A stretch of DNA of 64,000 bases. Origin: Dipteris shenzhenensis (taxonomy: Eukaryota). This document shows positions 26,422 through 39,538 of the stretch, piece after piece. Where the stretch lies: the NCBI GenBank assembly GCA_047967505.1, contig CM106538.1. The stretch is one strand, 5' to 3'. How positions within the stretch are numbered: the first letter of the stretch is position 1; each line of letters opens with the position of its first letter. The position numbers were made by a program, and so were the translations under genes. The notes under the pieces are model-generated. The model searched no databases. It saw nothing but the letters and a program-made list of their open reading frames with translations, and was not told the origin of the DNA.

Positions 26422-28178
26422 TGTTGGTAAACTGAAAGGAAAGAGTAGAGTGGACACAAATTCAGAATACTTGCATTATGGAATGAAGAAGAGTGAGGTC
26501 CTTATGTAGGCACCTCTTACATGCTCACTGACATGACTGATGACTTCAGAGCTCCACAATCATCTCCTCAATCTGCTCCTAGATTCTCTCAATCATCCTA
26601 TGTGGCTTTCCACCACCTAACTATGCTTATGGGCACCTAACTATGCCTCTAGCACTCACACATAGAAACCAAGGTGTGCCTGAGGCATACACCTTGAGAT
26701 AACCCAACAAACCCCCCCTCAAGGGAATGCCTCAGGCTATGTCAAGGATACAGCTAGCACAAGGTGTCTCATGCCATCTCATGGTGGTCATGGATCTATT
26801 AAAGGCTAGGATCTCAAGCTAGCATGGGTTCCCATGGGTGTAAGGTAAACAAAAGGGATACAAAATACCTTCCAATGGATATCTCCCCTGCATGTGCATG
26901 CACACAATGTCTGCAGGAGGTACCATGAAGCAAAACACATACACATGGCCTACATCATAAGGTGACCAGAGGTGTTTACAAAACACAATAGTTTATTTCA
27001 TTCATTTTAGAGGACTATCCAGGCTGAGTACCTTGACTCAACATAAAAAGAGAGATCTGGAGCATACATAGAGATGATTTAAAATGCATAATCTTCAAAG
27101 GATGCCTCATCTTGTCGAGGCACATCAATTGAAAGTAGATTGGCATTTTCTGTCTTTGCTTTGGCTCTGCAAAACTTCTCATGATGATTGTTTTTGCCAT
27201 AGTGTTTGCATGGATTGATTTTGAAGCAGTCCTTTGAAAGGTGATTTGTCTTCCCACAATGATTGCAAGGTGTAATCCTGCCCTTCTGGATTTTTATAGC
27301 ATAAACTGTGTCATTGCCTTTCCTGAGCTCCATGTGCCTTTCTTCTTCTAAAGAGCAGAGATAATACCTTCAAGATTTGGATTAGGAAGATTTTTCAAAG
27401 TGGTAACAATATGATCATAATCTTCAGGCATACTCTTAAGTAACATTGCCATAGCATCATCATATGCTTTCTCCTCTCTAGCGGGATCCCTTGCAGGGAG
27501 TGTCGGAGCTGAGTATTCTCCAGCATTGGAGGCTGTAGAAGAAGAAGTTGAAGTTGGTTTGACAAGTCCCCAGAGGTTTTCCCTCATCAATGCAAATTTC
27601 ACCTTCATCTGCCATGTGTGGAAGCCCTTTCCATTGAACTTTTCTATATTCAATATGGTAGCCATGAGAGGGTCTAGTTGGGCAGTGTCTTCTCTCTTAC
27701 AAGGCTAGAATAACAACTGAAAGGCTTCCAAATATAAGCATTTGATGTAGCAAAGACTAGTGACCAAAAATCAAACAATGATGCTTTTTCTTACATGCTT
27801 CATAGAGGTGGCTAAAATGAAAGCTTTCCAATCAAAACCAGGTATAGCAACTCAAAGCAAAGCTGAAGCCACAGTTGTACTAATGTTATTGAAAACTTCA
27901 AAAACTCAGAAATGCTAGAGTAGCATTTTATGTAGCATCACCTTCAAAAACTTGTCAAAACTATCAAAATCAAAAGCCTGAACTCTTACATGCTCACTGA
28001 CATCATTGATGACTTCAGAGCTCCACAATCATCTCCTCAATCTGCTTCTAGATTCTCTCAATCATCCTATGTGGCTTTCCACCACCTAACTGTGCTTATG
28101 GGCACCTAACTGTGCCTCTAGCGCTCACACATAGAAACCAAGGTGTGCCTGAGGCATACACCTTGAGATATCCCAACA
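26422..28178 (-). mobile_element. Non-autonomous gag-only Copia element (TR-GAG-like), 1,757 bp
   Basis: TGTTGG...CCAACA termini. TSD TCGTG at 26417-26421 and 28179-28183. 3' LTR 26422-26709 with PPT (minus strand GAGGGGGGGTT). 5' LTR remnant at about 27983-28178. No pol. Confidence 0.9.
27079..27665 (-). pseudogene. gag: Copia gag, internally deleted, with two CCHC-type knuckles
   Basis: IEKFNGKGFHTWQMKVKFALMRENLWGLV, LLKSMPEDYDHIVTTL, CNHCGKTNHLSKDC, CKHYGKNNHHEKFC. Confidence 0.85.
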
Positions 28179-29255
28179 TCGTGTGTACTGCCACTTCGGG
28201 TGAAATTCCTTTCATCTCTTTGTATGACCATGCTAGGCAGTCACGCTATTCCATTAGGAGTGCTTTGAGTTTGGTTTCATCTTCTTGTCGAAGCTGTTTC
28301 CCAATGAAAACCAATTTTTCTTCCTCCTCTTCAAGGGCGAGGTTTATTGTGCATGTTTTCGCCGGTCCCTCATAGATTGGAGTTTCTCCAATGCTATCGA
28401 TTTCTTGAACTTTAGATTCTCTTAGTGGTCTTGGCATTGCTATTAGCGCACTGCCACTTGTATAATTCTTGAAGTATTCCGACACTTCTTGAAGATCGGC
28501 CTCTGATGGTGTTGAACTAGCCTGACATGTGTCATGTGTACTAGGTGGCATAGTTGCATTTATCAATTGGTTAGGCTCTCCTTGATTGTCTTTTAATGAA
28601 GTCTCTTGATCAAGATTCATCCGTACATGTGGCTTATATTTTTTAAACTTCTTACATTGGGAACTGTGGGGTAACTTTTCCACTGGTAAGGTGTTTCCAC
28701 GTAAGGCTTCATTTGCTGCACATACTCCTTCCAGTCCCTCAGGGGACCATTCAAGAGGCGGTGATTCTAATTTTGAGGGAACTGGCTTTGCAAGGTACAA
28801 TTCGACGACGATCCTTGTTTGGACTTGTTCAAATTCATTGAAGTGCTCGGCCTTGGCTTTTCTGCAATTTCCTCCAACTTTCTTGCGGGATCTTCTGCTG
28901 TTATTCAACTGTGGAGGTTCAACTTTTGGGAGCTCATCTGCCATTAGGGCATGCAGAATGGCTAAGTCATTATCAAAGATTTGATCTTCAATTTCAGCAT
29001 TCTCAGCCTCTGTTTCAAGGTCCCAAGGAAAATCTGAATCCTCATTGGTATGGGTATCTTCTTCAAGTTCATTATCCCACTCGAGGTCAGCCATAAAGTA
29101 TGGCATCTCTAGATCGATTGGTTCTGCATGCGTCGGTGGAGAAAAGCGGACTCCTGTGATCTTTGTGGACATGCCATTTACTATTCCCAAGGGTTTAGCC
29201 TGTGAATCATCCACAAGGCAGATGTTGAAACCAGCCTTTTGCATTGGTGGGAGAC

Positions 29256-32079
29256 TGTTGAGAGTTCACGCTCAACATCATGTGATCATGTGTGCATAGC
29301 ACCATCACGTGATCATATGTGCATAGCACTAACCTTATAGAGTGCTATAAAGGAAAGGGTTAGATCCCCTAACCCTAACCCTAAAAGGGTTTGTATATAT
29401 TCTATTTTTTCAACTAATTCTAGTGTATAGTTAGTCATTTGTGGTGTGCTCTCTAGCTGTGCCCTCTCTCCTCATCTCCACTCTTCTCCTCTCCCCTATT
29501 CATATTTTGTCATGGTATCAGAGCTCCCTTGTCTTCCGCTGAGACATTGTGATTCTTGAGAATGATTGAGAGATTGAGAGATTGAGAGAGATTGAGTGTT
29601 TCATTCTCTTCCGTTGAGAGAATTTCCGTCCATTGAAAGAAATTTCCGTCATTGCTCTTGAGAGAATTCTAATTGAGAGCTTACGTTTTTCATTATTGAG
29701 AGAAGAGTGAGAGAGCTTACAAAGCTCGGATATAGGGAGAGTTCATTTGAGAGAAAAGAGAGTTTCCAGAGACTATTGAGAGTCTTGTGAGAGCTCTTCG
29801 TGAGAGAGATATGCTCATGACAGAGAGTCTGAGTTAGCCAAAGCCTCGACAACAGCAGCTCTAGAGTCAAGGAACGACTCAGTTTCCCAACATAGTAGCA
29901 GCAAGCGGCTGCTCTCCTCCGCATCAAGCAACTGCATAAGCCAACGTAGTATATACAGCTCCTCTTTATCGACCAACGAGCCAAGCTGCACCGTCTACAG
30001 CCTCTCCTCCAAGCACTTAGATGCCTTAGCGCTCCTCTTCGTCTCCAACAGCCACGAGCTGCAACGGCTCCAGCATATACCACCAAGCCTTGTCTAACAG
30101 GCTCTCTCCATCTGCTGACTCCAACGACTTCCGCTGTTCTCCAAGATGACCAGCAACGAGCCACCGTCACAACAAGCTCCTATCAACTCCCGTGACCCGT
30201 CGGACTCCATCAACGCTCCTCCAAATAGAATTGCCACTTCTCCAATTGAGCCATAGCCGCTACACATAGCCACGCAAAGCGCATCAACCACTGCTGCTGC
30301 AACGAACGCTTGACCGACTAGTGCCCACCACGATCCAAAGTCTGCTACAAGCACCTAGCAATGGCTACAAGCAGGACAGTTTGGTCGAGCGGTCTAAGGC
30401 GCTGCATTTAAGCTTCTATCCTCAACATCGACCGCCATCAACGTAGATAAGATTAGCGCCCACAGCTCCAAGGCCAACGGGCCTAAGCAGTTGTTTGCAG
30501 CCTCTCCAACGAAATCGACGGCCTAGCTCCAACGACCGAGGCTCCTCCAACCAAAGACCAGCAGCGCTCCCACGACATAGCCCGACTGCCTCTCCTATGC
30601 TTCAACTACTCTGCGCCAATCAACATCCCAAGCCTCACGGGCTCCTTACCTCAATACGACCTCATAGCGAGCTTCTGCAAGTCGATAGGAGCGAACATGA
30701 CTCCATCAACGGAAATCCAGAGGTCAACAGAATCTTTTTGGATTCCGTCAGAATCTTTTTTGATTCCGGTGGCTCACCTTGCAACACGTGGCAGATAGGG
30801 TTGGTCAGCAACCCTAGGTTTGGTTAGCCACCAGTGGTCAGTCGCTTGACACATGGTAGATAGGACTTAACCAGGGTTAGGTTCAGTCAACCCCTAGTTA
30901 GGTGGTTTGATCACAATTGTGCCACGTGGCAACGTCATCTTATCTGCCACATCATCAGCCATGTCACCTGTGCCACATCATCAGTGCCACATCACCTGTG
31001 CCACATCATCACCCACATCACTTGTGCCACGTCATCAGTGCCACCTCAGCACTGCCACCTCAGCAGTCTAGTCAGCACTGACCCTCTGCAGGCACAGTCC
31101 CTTGCCAGGCACACTGTGCACACACTGCATGTGCACACTCCTGCCACCTCAGCACAGAGCTTCACTGGCACACCTCTTGCTAAGCACAGTGCCACATCAT
31201 CACTGCATGTGACTCACAGTGACACATCATCATTGAGCACCATTTGCACTCCTTTTGCCCCTCCACCTAGATCAAGTCATATCTCTTGATCCAGGAAGAA
31301 TTTGAGGGTGCTCCAAAAAGGAAAGTCACTCGGTTTTTCGTGCTCTACGCGCTCTTACATCACGCGCACATTTCGGTGCAAGTTACACTCACATTTGTGT
31401 CTCGCCGACAAAACCACTTCCTTCACGCACATTTGCCTCTACATCGACGCATCTGACCCAGCACTTAAAAAGAACAAAAGAAAAGGAATTATTTGCTGCT
31501 CTTTCATCGATCGACAGTTGGTTTAGATCTAGATCAGAGTAGACTAGATCGTCATAGAGGGGACGCTTTGAATTCCCCAAGTTGCCAATCTAAGCCATGC
31601 CTGAAATTCTTGACTAGTCCCATACGCTCACATCCGATTTCACATCATTACATTACCTGAAACCTTACGTTCATCAGTTCAGTGAGCAGACTTCAGAGTT
31701 CAGAGGCATTGCAGATTGATTCAGTGGGCAGATAGCACTTGATTTCACACACACATGCCACCATTGTAAAGCCTGTTTGGCTATCTCACGGCATCATGCA
31801 CATCATTTTTCAGCCTTGTAAAGCCTCTTGGCTATTCCCGGCATCATTGCCACAAGCCTTGTAATACAGATCAGATCTTATATACTGCAGTTCTATCTTC
31901 ACCGACGGTACAGAGATTTCACTTGGCATCTTCAGTGTTTTTGCAATTGATTCATACAGAGTTTTTCAGGACACTTTTGAGTACATTGTTTGCACCATGT
32001 CGACTAGCAACCTCAATTTGGAGGCATCTGCTAAGTTAGACAACTCCAATTACGGTACATGGAAATACCGAATGGAGAC
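29256..32079 (+). mobile_element. 5' part of a Copia element: 257-bp LTR, tRNA-iMet PBS, 2.5 kb leader and start of gag
   Basis: TGTTGAG at 29256 to TGTCA at 29512. TGGTATCAGAGC at 29513-29524. gag start MSTSNLNLEASAKLDNSNYGTWKYRME at 31997, truncated at about 32079. Confidence 0.85.
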
Positions 32080-34580
32080 GGGAGGGAGAAGGAGAAGGGA
32101 AGAGGAGAGTGAAGGGGGATGGAGTGGCAACCACAAGGGCACTACAATGGAAACAAGAGAACACCTAAAACACTCTCTTGGAAGAGAAGAGGGAGCTTGT
32201 ATTCAAACTTGTGCAAACAACAATGAAGACCAAAGTCAACACTTTGGCCTTTTATACAAGTCACCTTTTGAAGAGAGGGCCAACCATTTTCCTTTTTAGC
32301 ACTCTCCTTCTCTTTAGAACCAAAGGATCTTGGGCCCATAGGGTTCCAAGGCATATTACTATTCTTTCCATCTCTCCCCTACTAGCTGAAATAGCACTTG
32401 TGTTAACCATATTAAAGCACTTGGGACAATCTTGGAGTTAGGAGGTGGTCCTAAGTTTCCAAATAGCACTTGTGTATCAATTTAGGGCTCAAACTCCCTG
32501 AGCGCCCTCACGCCTTAAGCCATTTAGGGCTCGAACCTCGTGAACACGGCTCAAAACCTAGAGTGGCGAGGCTTAACTCCCATGAGACACTTAACATGCA
32601 GCTTGCAGCTGGGACGTATAACCTCTGCATGTTGCCTGGACAATTTTGCCTTGGGATATTTGGGAATCAAACTCTCTGAGTTTGAGATGTACCCCTTTCA
32701 TGGCTATTTTCATGGATGTAGACCTGAAATATGCACGCTGCTTATACTCTTTGGTCTTGGGGTGTTAGCTGGAACATACAACCTGTGCTTGGAATCCACG
32801 GAATTTGGGTATTTGGGGATCAAACTCCCTGAGTTTGAGATGTAATCCTTCCATGTGCACATTGCTTGCAATCACTGGCCTTGGGGTATTTGGGGGTCAA
32901 ACTCCGTGAGCTTATCCGATGAAGTAGATCATGTGGCTTGATCACATCTAATCACCGATTACCCTATGTTCGACGATTGTACTTTGTCAATGTTAACATG
33001 CCCCCTTTCCTGTTGTTGCTGATCTATCCTCGGGTTGGGTCAGTCATGCTGGAGGAAGTTGGTGGTGAGGACTGTCTATAGGATTGCGTAGTGGTCCAGT
33101 TATCGTGGAGTGAGGCGAGCGATACTTCCAAAAATGGGTGGCGTGCATATCCTCGTATGTGCAGATGTGATGTCCATGGATATTGTGGACATGGAGGTAG
33201 AGGCGGAGGTCTTGGAATTGCATATGACCGATGTTGGGATTGAAGACAATCTAGTTGTCCAGATTGTGGAGGCGGTCATCGATGGGGTGACTGTGGGCGA
33301 GGAGATCACGGAGGAGTAAGAGGAGGAGGCGGTTGAAATGTACCGCTGCTACGATGATAGGATCTGGAATTTTGAGCCAAATGTGTCATTGAATGATTGG
33401 AGGCGGAAGCAAAATCCCTCTTGAGTCATCTCTTTGGGGAAGTTGTACTTTGGAAAGTTGTACAACACATTTGCATCCTTCTATTGGAGTTCTATGAATT
33501 TGGCCCAAGTCCATCATCGTTCCATTAGAATATACAGTGGGTGAACTCAACGAGCGCGATGTGTGCACTATGGTAGTCGTGCCAAAATTTCTCTAGCTTC
33601 AAGAAGGGGAGTCACCATTGTGGCTATAGACCACCAGCATCTGCATCGGTTCATCTGCATCGGTTGTTGGGACTGGAGCGTCAGGGGCAAGGCTGTATCC
33701 TCCTCTTGTGCACTTTGGATGCATGTGTCACCATTCATCGAAGGATTGCATGATGAATTGTGTGAGGGGGCATACCTCTAGAATTTCATAGAGATGGAGG
33801 TGGGAGCCCTCGAGTTGTTGGCACTTCCAATGATGCATTAGCACATTGTTTGGCAGCTCCTGAAAGGACTGTAAGACTGGGTGCCATTGGACATCTTCAG
33901 GGGGGAAGCAGGTGGGGATGGCAGAGCATCATCATTTGCAATGGGCATGGGCTCCGGCTCTGTTGTGCCAGTTGGCATTTTTGCATCGGCTTCCTATACA
34001 AAATCGGCTACCTTGAGCAGCATGGTGAAGGCTGCGTCAGGAAGGTCGACTAGAGTGGCAGAGGAGATGGATGGGGAGGTCCCGTGCTATGCGGTGATGG
34101 TGTTAGAGGCATTGGAGGAATACTCGGGCAATGTTGTTCAAGGGAGGGGTGGTTGGGTGGCTTGTTGGGTGGGTTGGGCGGGATCTAGAGGAGGCGGTGG
34201 TGGAATTTCGACAGGGGGGGTAGCATTAAAGAGGGTGATGGCTTCTTGGAATTCTTCCTTAGTGACTTCCTTAGGGTATGCTACATGAATTGTTTCCAAA
34301 TTGCTCCACCAAGGACTCAAGCGAGTCTTGAGAGCTTGTAGCACCCTATTGAAGAGGATTATTATGCCTAGGGTGTTATAGGTGGTGGACTCGAATGCCG
34401 CAAGGTGCCCTTGAGATTGGATTGTAGAGGCTCGGCCATAGGTCTGCATCCAATTGATGTTTGCTTGCAGACTTTTGGGTGTGCAGACCCACGGCATGAG
34501 TTCCTCAGGCTTTGCGACTTGCATCACTTCATCACCTGTTTGATAATTAAGGGACTCAGTGATGATGCGGAGTGATGATG
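32080..34580 (-). mobile_element. 3' end of a Gypsy-type element: truncated LTR (32080-32998), PPT (32999-33010) and a decayed upstream ORF
   Basis: Minus strand GGAAAGGGGGCA|TGTTAACA. The LTR is homologous to 547-960. Internal repeats GGGTATTTGGGGATCAAACTCCCTGAG. Pro-rich ORF remnant at 34138-34580. Confidence 0.65.
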
Positions 34581-34584
34581 CGGC

Positions 34585-36660
34585 ACTAGGCTTGAAAATT
34601 GAGGAATCGTCAACATAAATCACTATTATCACCACTCCATCTTTCATGTGTGGCACATAAAGGGAGTAATCAGCATTTGATAGATTGAACCCAACATCCT
34701 AAAGAAATCTCATGATTTTCTTACACCAAGCTCTAGGTGCCTACTTCAATCCATAGAGTGCTTTCTTGAACTTGCAAACATAGTCTGGGTACTTTGGATG
34801 CATGTATCCCTAAACCTTTCTCTTTTAGTGTTCCATTCAAAAAGGAATCCTTCACATCCACCATAATTTCCAGCCATAAATGGATGCTAATACAATCATA
34901 GTATGCTCAATACCCATATTTTCCATAGGACTAAATGTTTTCAAGACCTTATGCCTATGCATAACCTTTCTATGCCACCATCCACTTTTCATTTCACATT
35001 GTACACCCACTTGCAAGCTATGGCTTTCTTTTCCTATGCCAGCTTGAAAAAATCCCATATCTTATTGTTAATGAGGGAAGCCATCTCCTCATCCATAGCA
35101 TGTTCCCAACCCTTGTTTCTTTGAGTCTCAACATGTACTATAGAAACCATGTAGAAAAAATGCATCCCAATGAACCCTTTGTAAGTCAATATATCAACTA
35201 GATGTTTGATACTCTTTGATCTCCACACTTGTGGTTTTGGCTCAGTTTGTGCCTTTTTTCATGCATGTGGTGGTGGTAAATACTTCCCTAAACTCTTGTC
35301 AGCACTTGGACTAGTAACCAATGGTAATTCAGCTTCCTCCCCCACAACTTTTGATATATTGTCATGTAAGTTGTGACTGTGATAGGCATCCTTTTCATAA
35401 TATGGATTGTTGTATATATTACCTCAGCCCAATAATACAATGGCATATGTTTCTTATTCATCATATCTCTTGCTATCTCAAAAATTACCCTATTTTTTCT
35501 CTTTGCAATAGCATTTTGTTGTGGTGTATACCTACATGTGACATGTCTTTTAGTGCTATAATCTTGTATATATGCATCAAACTCAATTCAGAGGTGCTCT
35601 CCCCTCCATATGTTCTTAGGCATTTTATGTAACATCCTAATTGTTTCTCAGACATAGCCTTAATGTTTAAAATGAATCTTTAATTCAAGAAATACACCCA
35701 TGTATATGTGCTAAAACCTTCAATAAATGTGATATAATATTATGCACCACTCATGAATGAATTCTCACATGGGTCCTAAACGTCCCTTTGAACCAACTCT
35801 AAAGGATAATGGATGATTGTCTCTCTCCTAGGAAATGAAAGACTTGCCTTCTTGCCAAACTGACAAGCCTTGCATACATGACTAAAATACAAGTTCCCAG
35901 ACATAGTTGTGCTTATTACAATGTCTTTTCTTTGCATGTGCTTCAACCACTTGTAATTAACATCACCAATTCTCTTATGCTATAATTCAACAAGAACATC
36001 TTGCATAGTTGTTGCTTGGTTCCATTGGCATGCACAGAATGATGATGTATCATTGGATTACTTGCATCAAATGCAAACAACCTCCCTTCTTTGCATCCTT
36101 TGGATATCAATCTACTACTAGGTCTTCCTCTTTTAAAATCATGAATGAAGCATCCATATCTATTGAATGTCACTTGCATTTCTTGATCCAACATCTATCT
36201 ACCTGATGCATAATACATTGCCAAGTTGATTTTAAATACCATCCCCAGTACCCACCATGCTATGTCATATGATTAGTGCAACCAAAGTCTATGAACTAGA
36301 CATCTCTACTCTTAGCAGGCATCATGCTACTCAATACATGCTCCATGGAAAATAGATGTCCTCTAGATGCTCCTCCTCTATGTCCATAACTAGTATCTTT
36401 TTGTGAATATGCATAATCATAACTAGCATAATGGTTGTCTAATGTCTACTAGATCCTTGTCCTTTGGCTGTATCATTTTGATTATGAAAGTAATCTCTCT
36501 CAAAGTGATCATATTTACCACTATAGTGGCACTCATCATCTCTCTTGGTAGACCCTATGTGGCCTCTACCTTGGGGGGTGAAGCTCCCCTTGCCTCTATG
36601 CACAAGGTATCCCACTCTATGCATAATGTCACCTCTACCTCCCTACCATCCATGAGCCAT
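34585..36660 (-). pseudogene. Old, heavily decayed Copia gag-pol remnant
   Basis: [56 protein letters not shown] on the minus strand, with many stops. Confidence 0.75.
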
Positions 36661-36690
36661 CCAATGCATGTGAGTCATGTTCTCGGCACA

Positions 36691-39538
36691 TTTATTGATG
36701 ACTTCAGTAGAAAACTTTGGGTGTATTTTATGAAAAAGAAAAGTGAAGTGTTTGGGCACTTCAAAACTTTAAAAGCTATGGTTGAAAAAGAAACAGGCCT
36801 GCAAATAAAATGCCTAAGGTCAGATGGAGGGGGAGAGTACCTCTCAAATGAGTTTGCAAGGTTCCTGCAGGAGCATGGCATAAAGCAGCAATATTCATGC
36901 AGTCATACCCCACAGCAAAATGGAATTGCAGAAAGGAAAAACATGCATATTGGAGAGGTATCTCGGGCCATGCTAAATGAAAAAGATCTACCAGATTATT
37001 ATTGGGCTGAAGCAGTTGCTATAGCAGTTTATATAATGAACAGGACTCCCACTGTAGCAATACATGGCATGACGCCAGAGGAGATGTATACTGGTAGGAA
37101 ACCAGACATTTCTCATTTGAAAATTTTTGGTTGCATTGCCTATGTTCATGTGCCAGATGAGTTGAGGTCCAAGTTGGATCCAAAGGCTGAGAAGTGCGTC
37201 TTTATTGGTTATAATATCAGTGGACCTGCAGTGTCCTCTAGCAGTGGTTCACATACTTCACCATGGACAGGTAGATTGAGATCAGGAGAATATCCTCAAA
37301 GCAATGCAGATAGTGGTGCGCAGGTATCACGAAAAGGAAAAGAGAAGGTAGATCCGCCCATGTTTGATGTGAATGCAGGTCACTCTTATGTGGATGGTGA
37401 ATCCAGTGGCTCAGAGCAGAGCATTGATGATGAGTTGGGTATTCCTTCTGTTGTTACACCTAGAGTAAGGAAGACTAGGGATGTTTTGAGAGCACCTGGA
37501 AGTGAGCCTATTTTGCACAGATCTACCAAGGTTAGGTATCCTGTGGATAGGCTGAAATATGATGGATTTACAGCCATTCACTATGCGTATATGGTCAAAG
37601 TGATACAGGAACCAGAACCCACTTCTTTTGAGCAAGCCATGGGAAATGAAAAATGGGAGAAAGCCATGGATGAAGAAATGGATGCCTTGGATGCAAATGC
37701 TACATGGGAATTGGTGCCTTTGCCTAAAGACAAGAATGCAATTGGCTGTAAGTGGGTTTATAAGATCAAGCACAATGCAGATGGTTCTGTGAATAGATAC
37801 AAGGCAAGATTAGTTGTCAAGGGGTATGCACAAACATATGGCATTGATTATGAAGAAACTTTCAGCCCGATTGCAAGGATGGCAATCGTAAGAGCAGCCA
37901 ATTCTATGGCTGCATCAAAGGGATGGTCTTTACATCAGATGGATGTAAAGAATGCCTTCTTGCATGGTGATTTTAAAGAATGCCTTCTTGCATGGTGATT
38001 TGCAAGAAGAGGTCTTTATGGAGCAGCCAGCAGGTTATGTTCATGCTATTCATCTTGAGTTTGTTTGCAGGTTGAAGAAAGCCTTGTATGGCTTGAAGCA
38101 AGCACATAGAGCATGGTCTGACAAGATAGGACAGTATCTTGTCACTATTGGCTTTCAGATTTCCAAGGCAGATTTCTCACTCTATGTGAGAAAAACAGAG
38201 AAAGGGATTATGCTGCTTGTCATTTATGTTGATGATTTGATCATCACAGGTGATAGTGATGAAGATATCCTTCATGTGAAAATGCTATTGAGGCAGAAGT
38301 TTGAGATGAAGGATTTGGGAGAGCTGCGTTATTTCTTGGGCATTGAGGTGATTAGATCACCAAGTGGGATACAGCTCCTCGAGAGGCAGTATGGACTGGA
38401 CATGTTGTCCAAATATGGGATGACAGGCTGTAAGCCTATTTCAGTTCCTTTGGAGCAGAATGTGAAGCTGAGCATAGATGCAGGTGAGCTTCTGGAAGAC
38501 CCTACTATGTACAGACGCATAGTGGGAAGTTTGATTTACATGACTATTACCAGGCCAGATTTGAGCTATGCTATTGGGTTGGTAAGTCAGTTTATGCAGG
38601 CTCCAAGGAAACTGCATTTGGATGCGGCTAGACGCATACTCAGGTATGTGAAGTCCACATTGCAGTATGGACTATTTTATGAGGCTGGGGTTCAAATACA
38701 GTTGCATGGATACACTGATGCTGATTGGGCTGGTAGTATTTCTGATAGACGATCTACCAGTGGATATGTGTTCTCTTTTGGGAGTGCTGCAGTCACTTGG
38801 AGCAGCAAGAAACAGCCTACAGTGGCCTTGTCGAGCACAGAGGCTGAGTACAGGGGTGCAGCAATGGCTGCATGTGAGGTAGCTTGGTTGCATAAGCTAC
38901 TCTATAATATGCATCAGTCTACAGATGGGCCAGTTGTCATTTATTGTGACAACATGAGTAGTATACACTTGGCAAATAACCCAGTCTATCATGCTAGAAC
39001 AAAGCACATTGAGGTGCATTATCACTATGTGTGGGAGAAGGTTTTACTAGGTCTTATTGATCTAGTTTATGTCAGCACAGAGGATCAGGTAGCTGACATA
39101 TTCATGAAGGCATTGGGCGCAGAGAAGCTGCGCAAGTTTAGAGACCTGCTTGGTGTGCAGGAATTGGGATTGAGCTCGAGGGGGAGTGTTGAGATATCGA
39201 GCTCCACTCGTGATATGCCAGGGTGACCGTTGTACATTTATGTCACCGACTTGTTAGCTACAGATGCGGTTGGTACACTGCCCACGAATAGTAGCTGGAT
39301 GACAGCTATCCTTATCTACACTAGTTCATGGCTCAGTTAGTATGCCACCTTAGTTAGTTGAGTTTGGTTTGAGACCCACATATAGGGTTCTTCTATTTCT
39401 TTGTACTAGAGTTCTTTTTGGCTTTCACAACTAAGAAGAGGAAAACTGTTTTTAGCCTCCACCTTTGTGTGTATTCCCCCATTGTGTATGTGAGAAAGCT
39501 GCAAGTGAGACTCCTTCCCTCTCCCCACTATCTTCACA
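36691..39538 (+). mobile_element. Copia family X copy D: integrase-RT-RNase H plus 3' LTR, 5'-truncated
   Basis: [68 protein letters not shown] at 39178-39186. LTR 39187-39538 (TGTTGAG...TTCACA). Confidence 0.95.
37952..39226 (+). CDS. pol: Copia RT/RNase H open segment; its stop codon lies inside the 3' LTR
   Basis: 424-aa ORF with intact RT and RNase H motifs. It is offset from the upstream ORF by a tandem duplication of about 28 bp at 37947-38000. Confidence 0.8.
   Translation: MPSCMVILKNAFLHGDLQEEVFMEQPAGYVHAIHLEFVCRLKKALYGLKQAHRAWSDKIGQYLVTIGFQISKADFSLYVRKTEKGIMLLVIYVDDLIITGDSDEDILHVKMLLRQKFEMKDLGELRYFLGIEVIRSPSGIQLLERQYGLDMLSKYGMTGCKPISVPLEQNVKLSIDAGELLEDPTMYRRIVGSLIYMTITRPDLSYAIGLVSQFMQAPRKLHLDAARRILRYVKSTLQYGLFYEAGVQIQLHGYTDADWAGSISDRRSTSGYVFSFGSAAVTWSSKKQPTVALSSTEAEYRGAAMAACEVAWLHKLLYNMHQSTDGPVVIYCDNMSSIHLANNPVYHARTKHIEVHYHYVWEKVLLGLIDLVYVSTEDQVADIFMKALGAEKLRKFRDLLGVQELGLSSRGSVEISSSTRDMPG

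Larger units (their letters stand above)
8629..29255 (-). mobile_element. Athila-like Gypsy copy B (outer), interrupted by two insertions and ended by a third
   Basis: Integrase 10850-12017, RNase H/RT 25010-26421, RT N-terminus/spacer/protease 28179-29255. These pieces rejoin colinearly with copy C once the TSD-bounded inserts are removed. Confidence 0.85.

Noticed and set aside
28246-29244. 332-aa ORF as an independent gene
   Set aside because: It is copy B pol (protease end fused to the PR-RT spacer) joined by a deletion of about 0.36 kb near 29140 relative to copy C.
29251-32079. GAGAC at both 29251-29255 and 32075-32079 as a TSD
   Set aside because: The right copy lies within gag codons, has no LTR end before it, and copy B does not resume after it. 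Probably coincidence.
36442-37998. 518-aa ORF as a novel protein with a hydrophobic N-terminus
   Set aside because: It is a chance fusion of the antisense strand of an old Copia gag remnant to Copia integrase/RT at about 36691, with an internal deletion near 37212.
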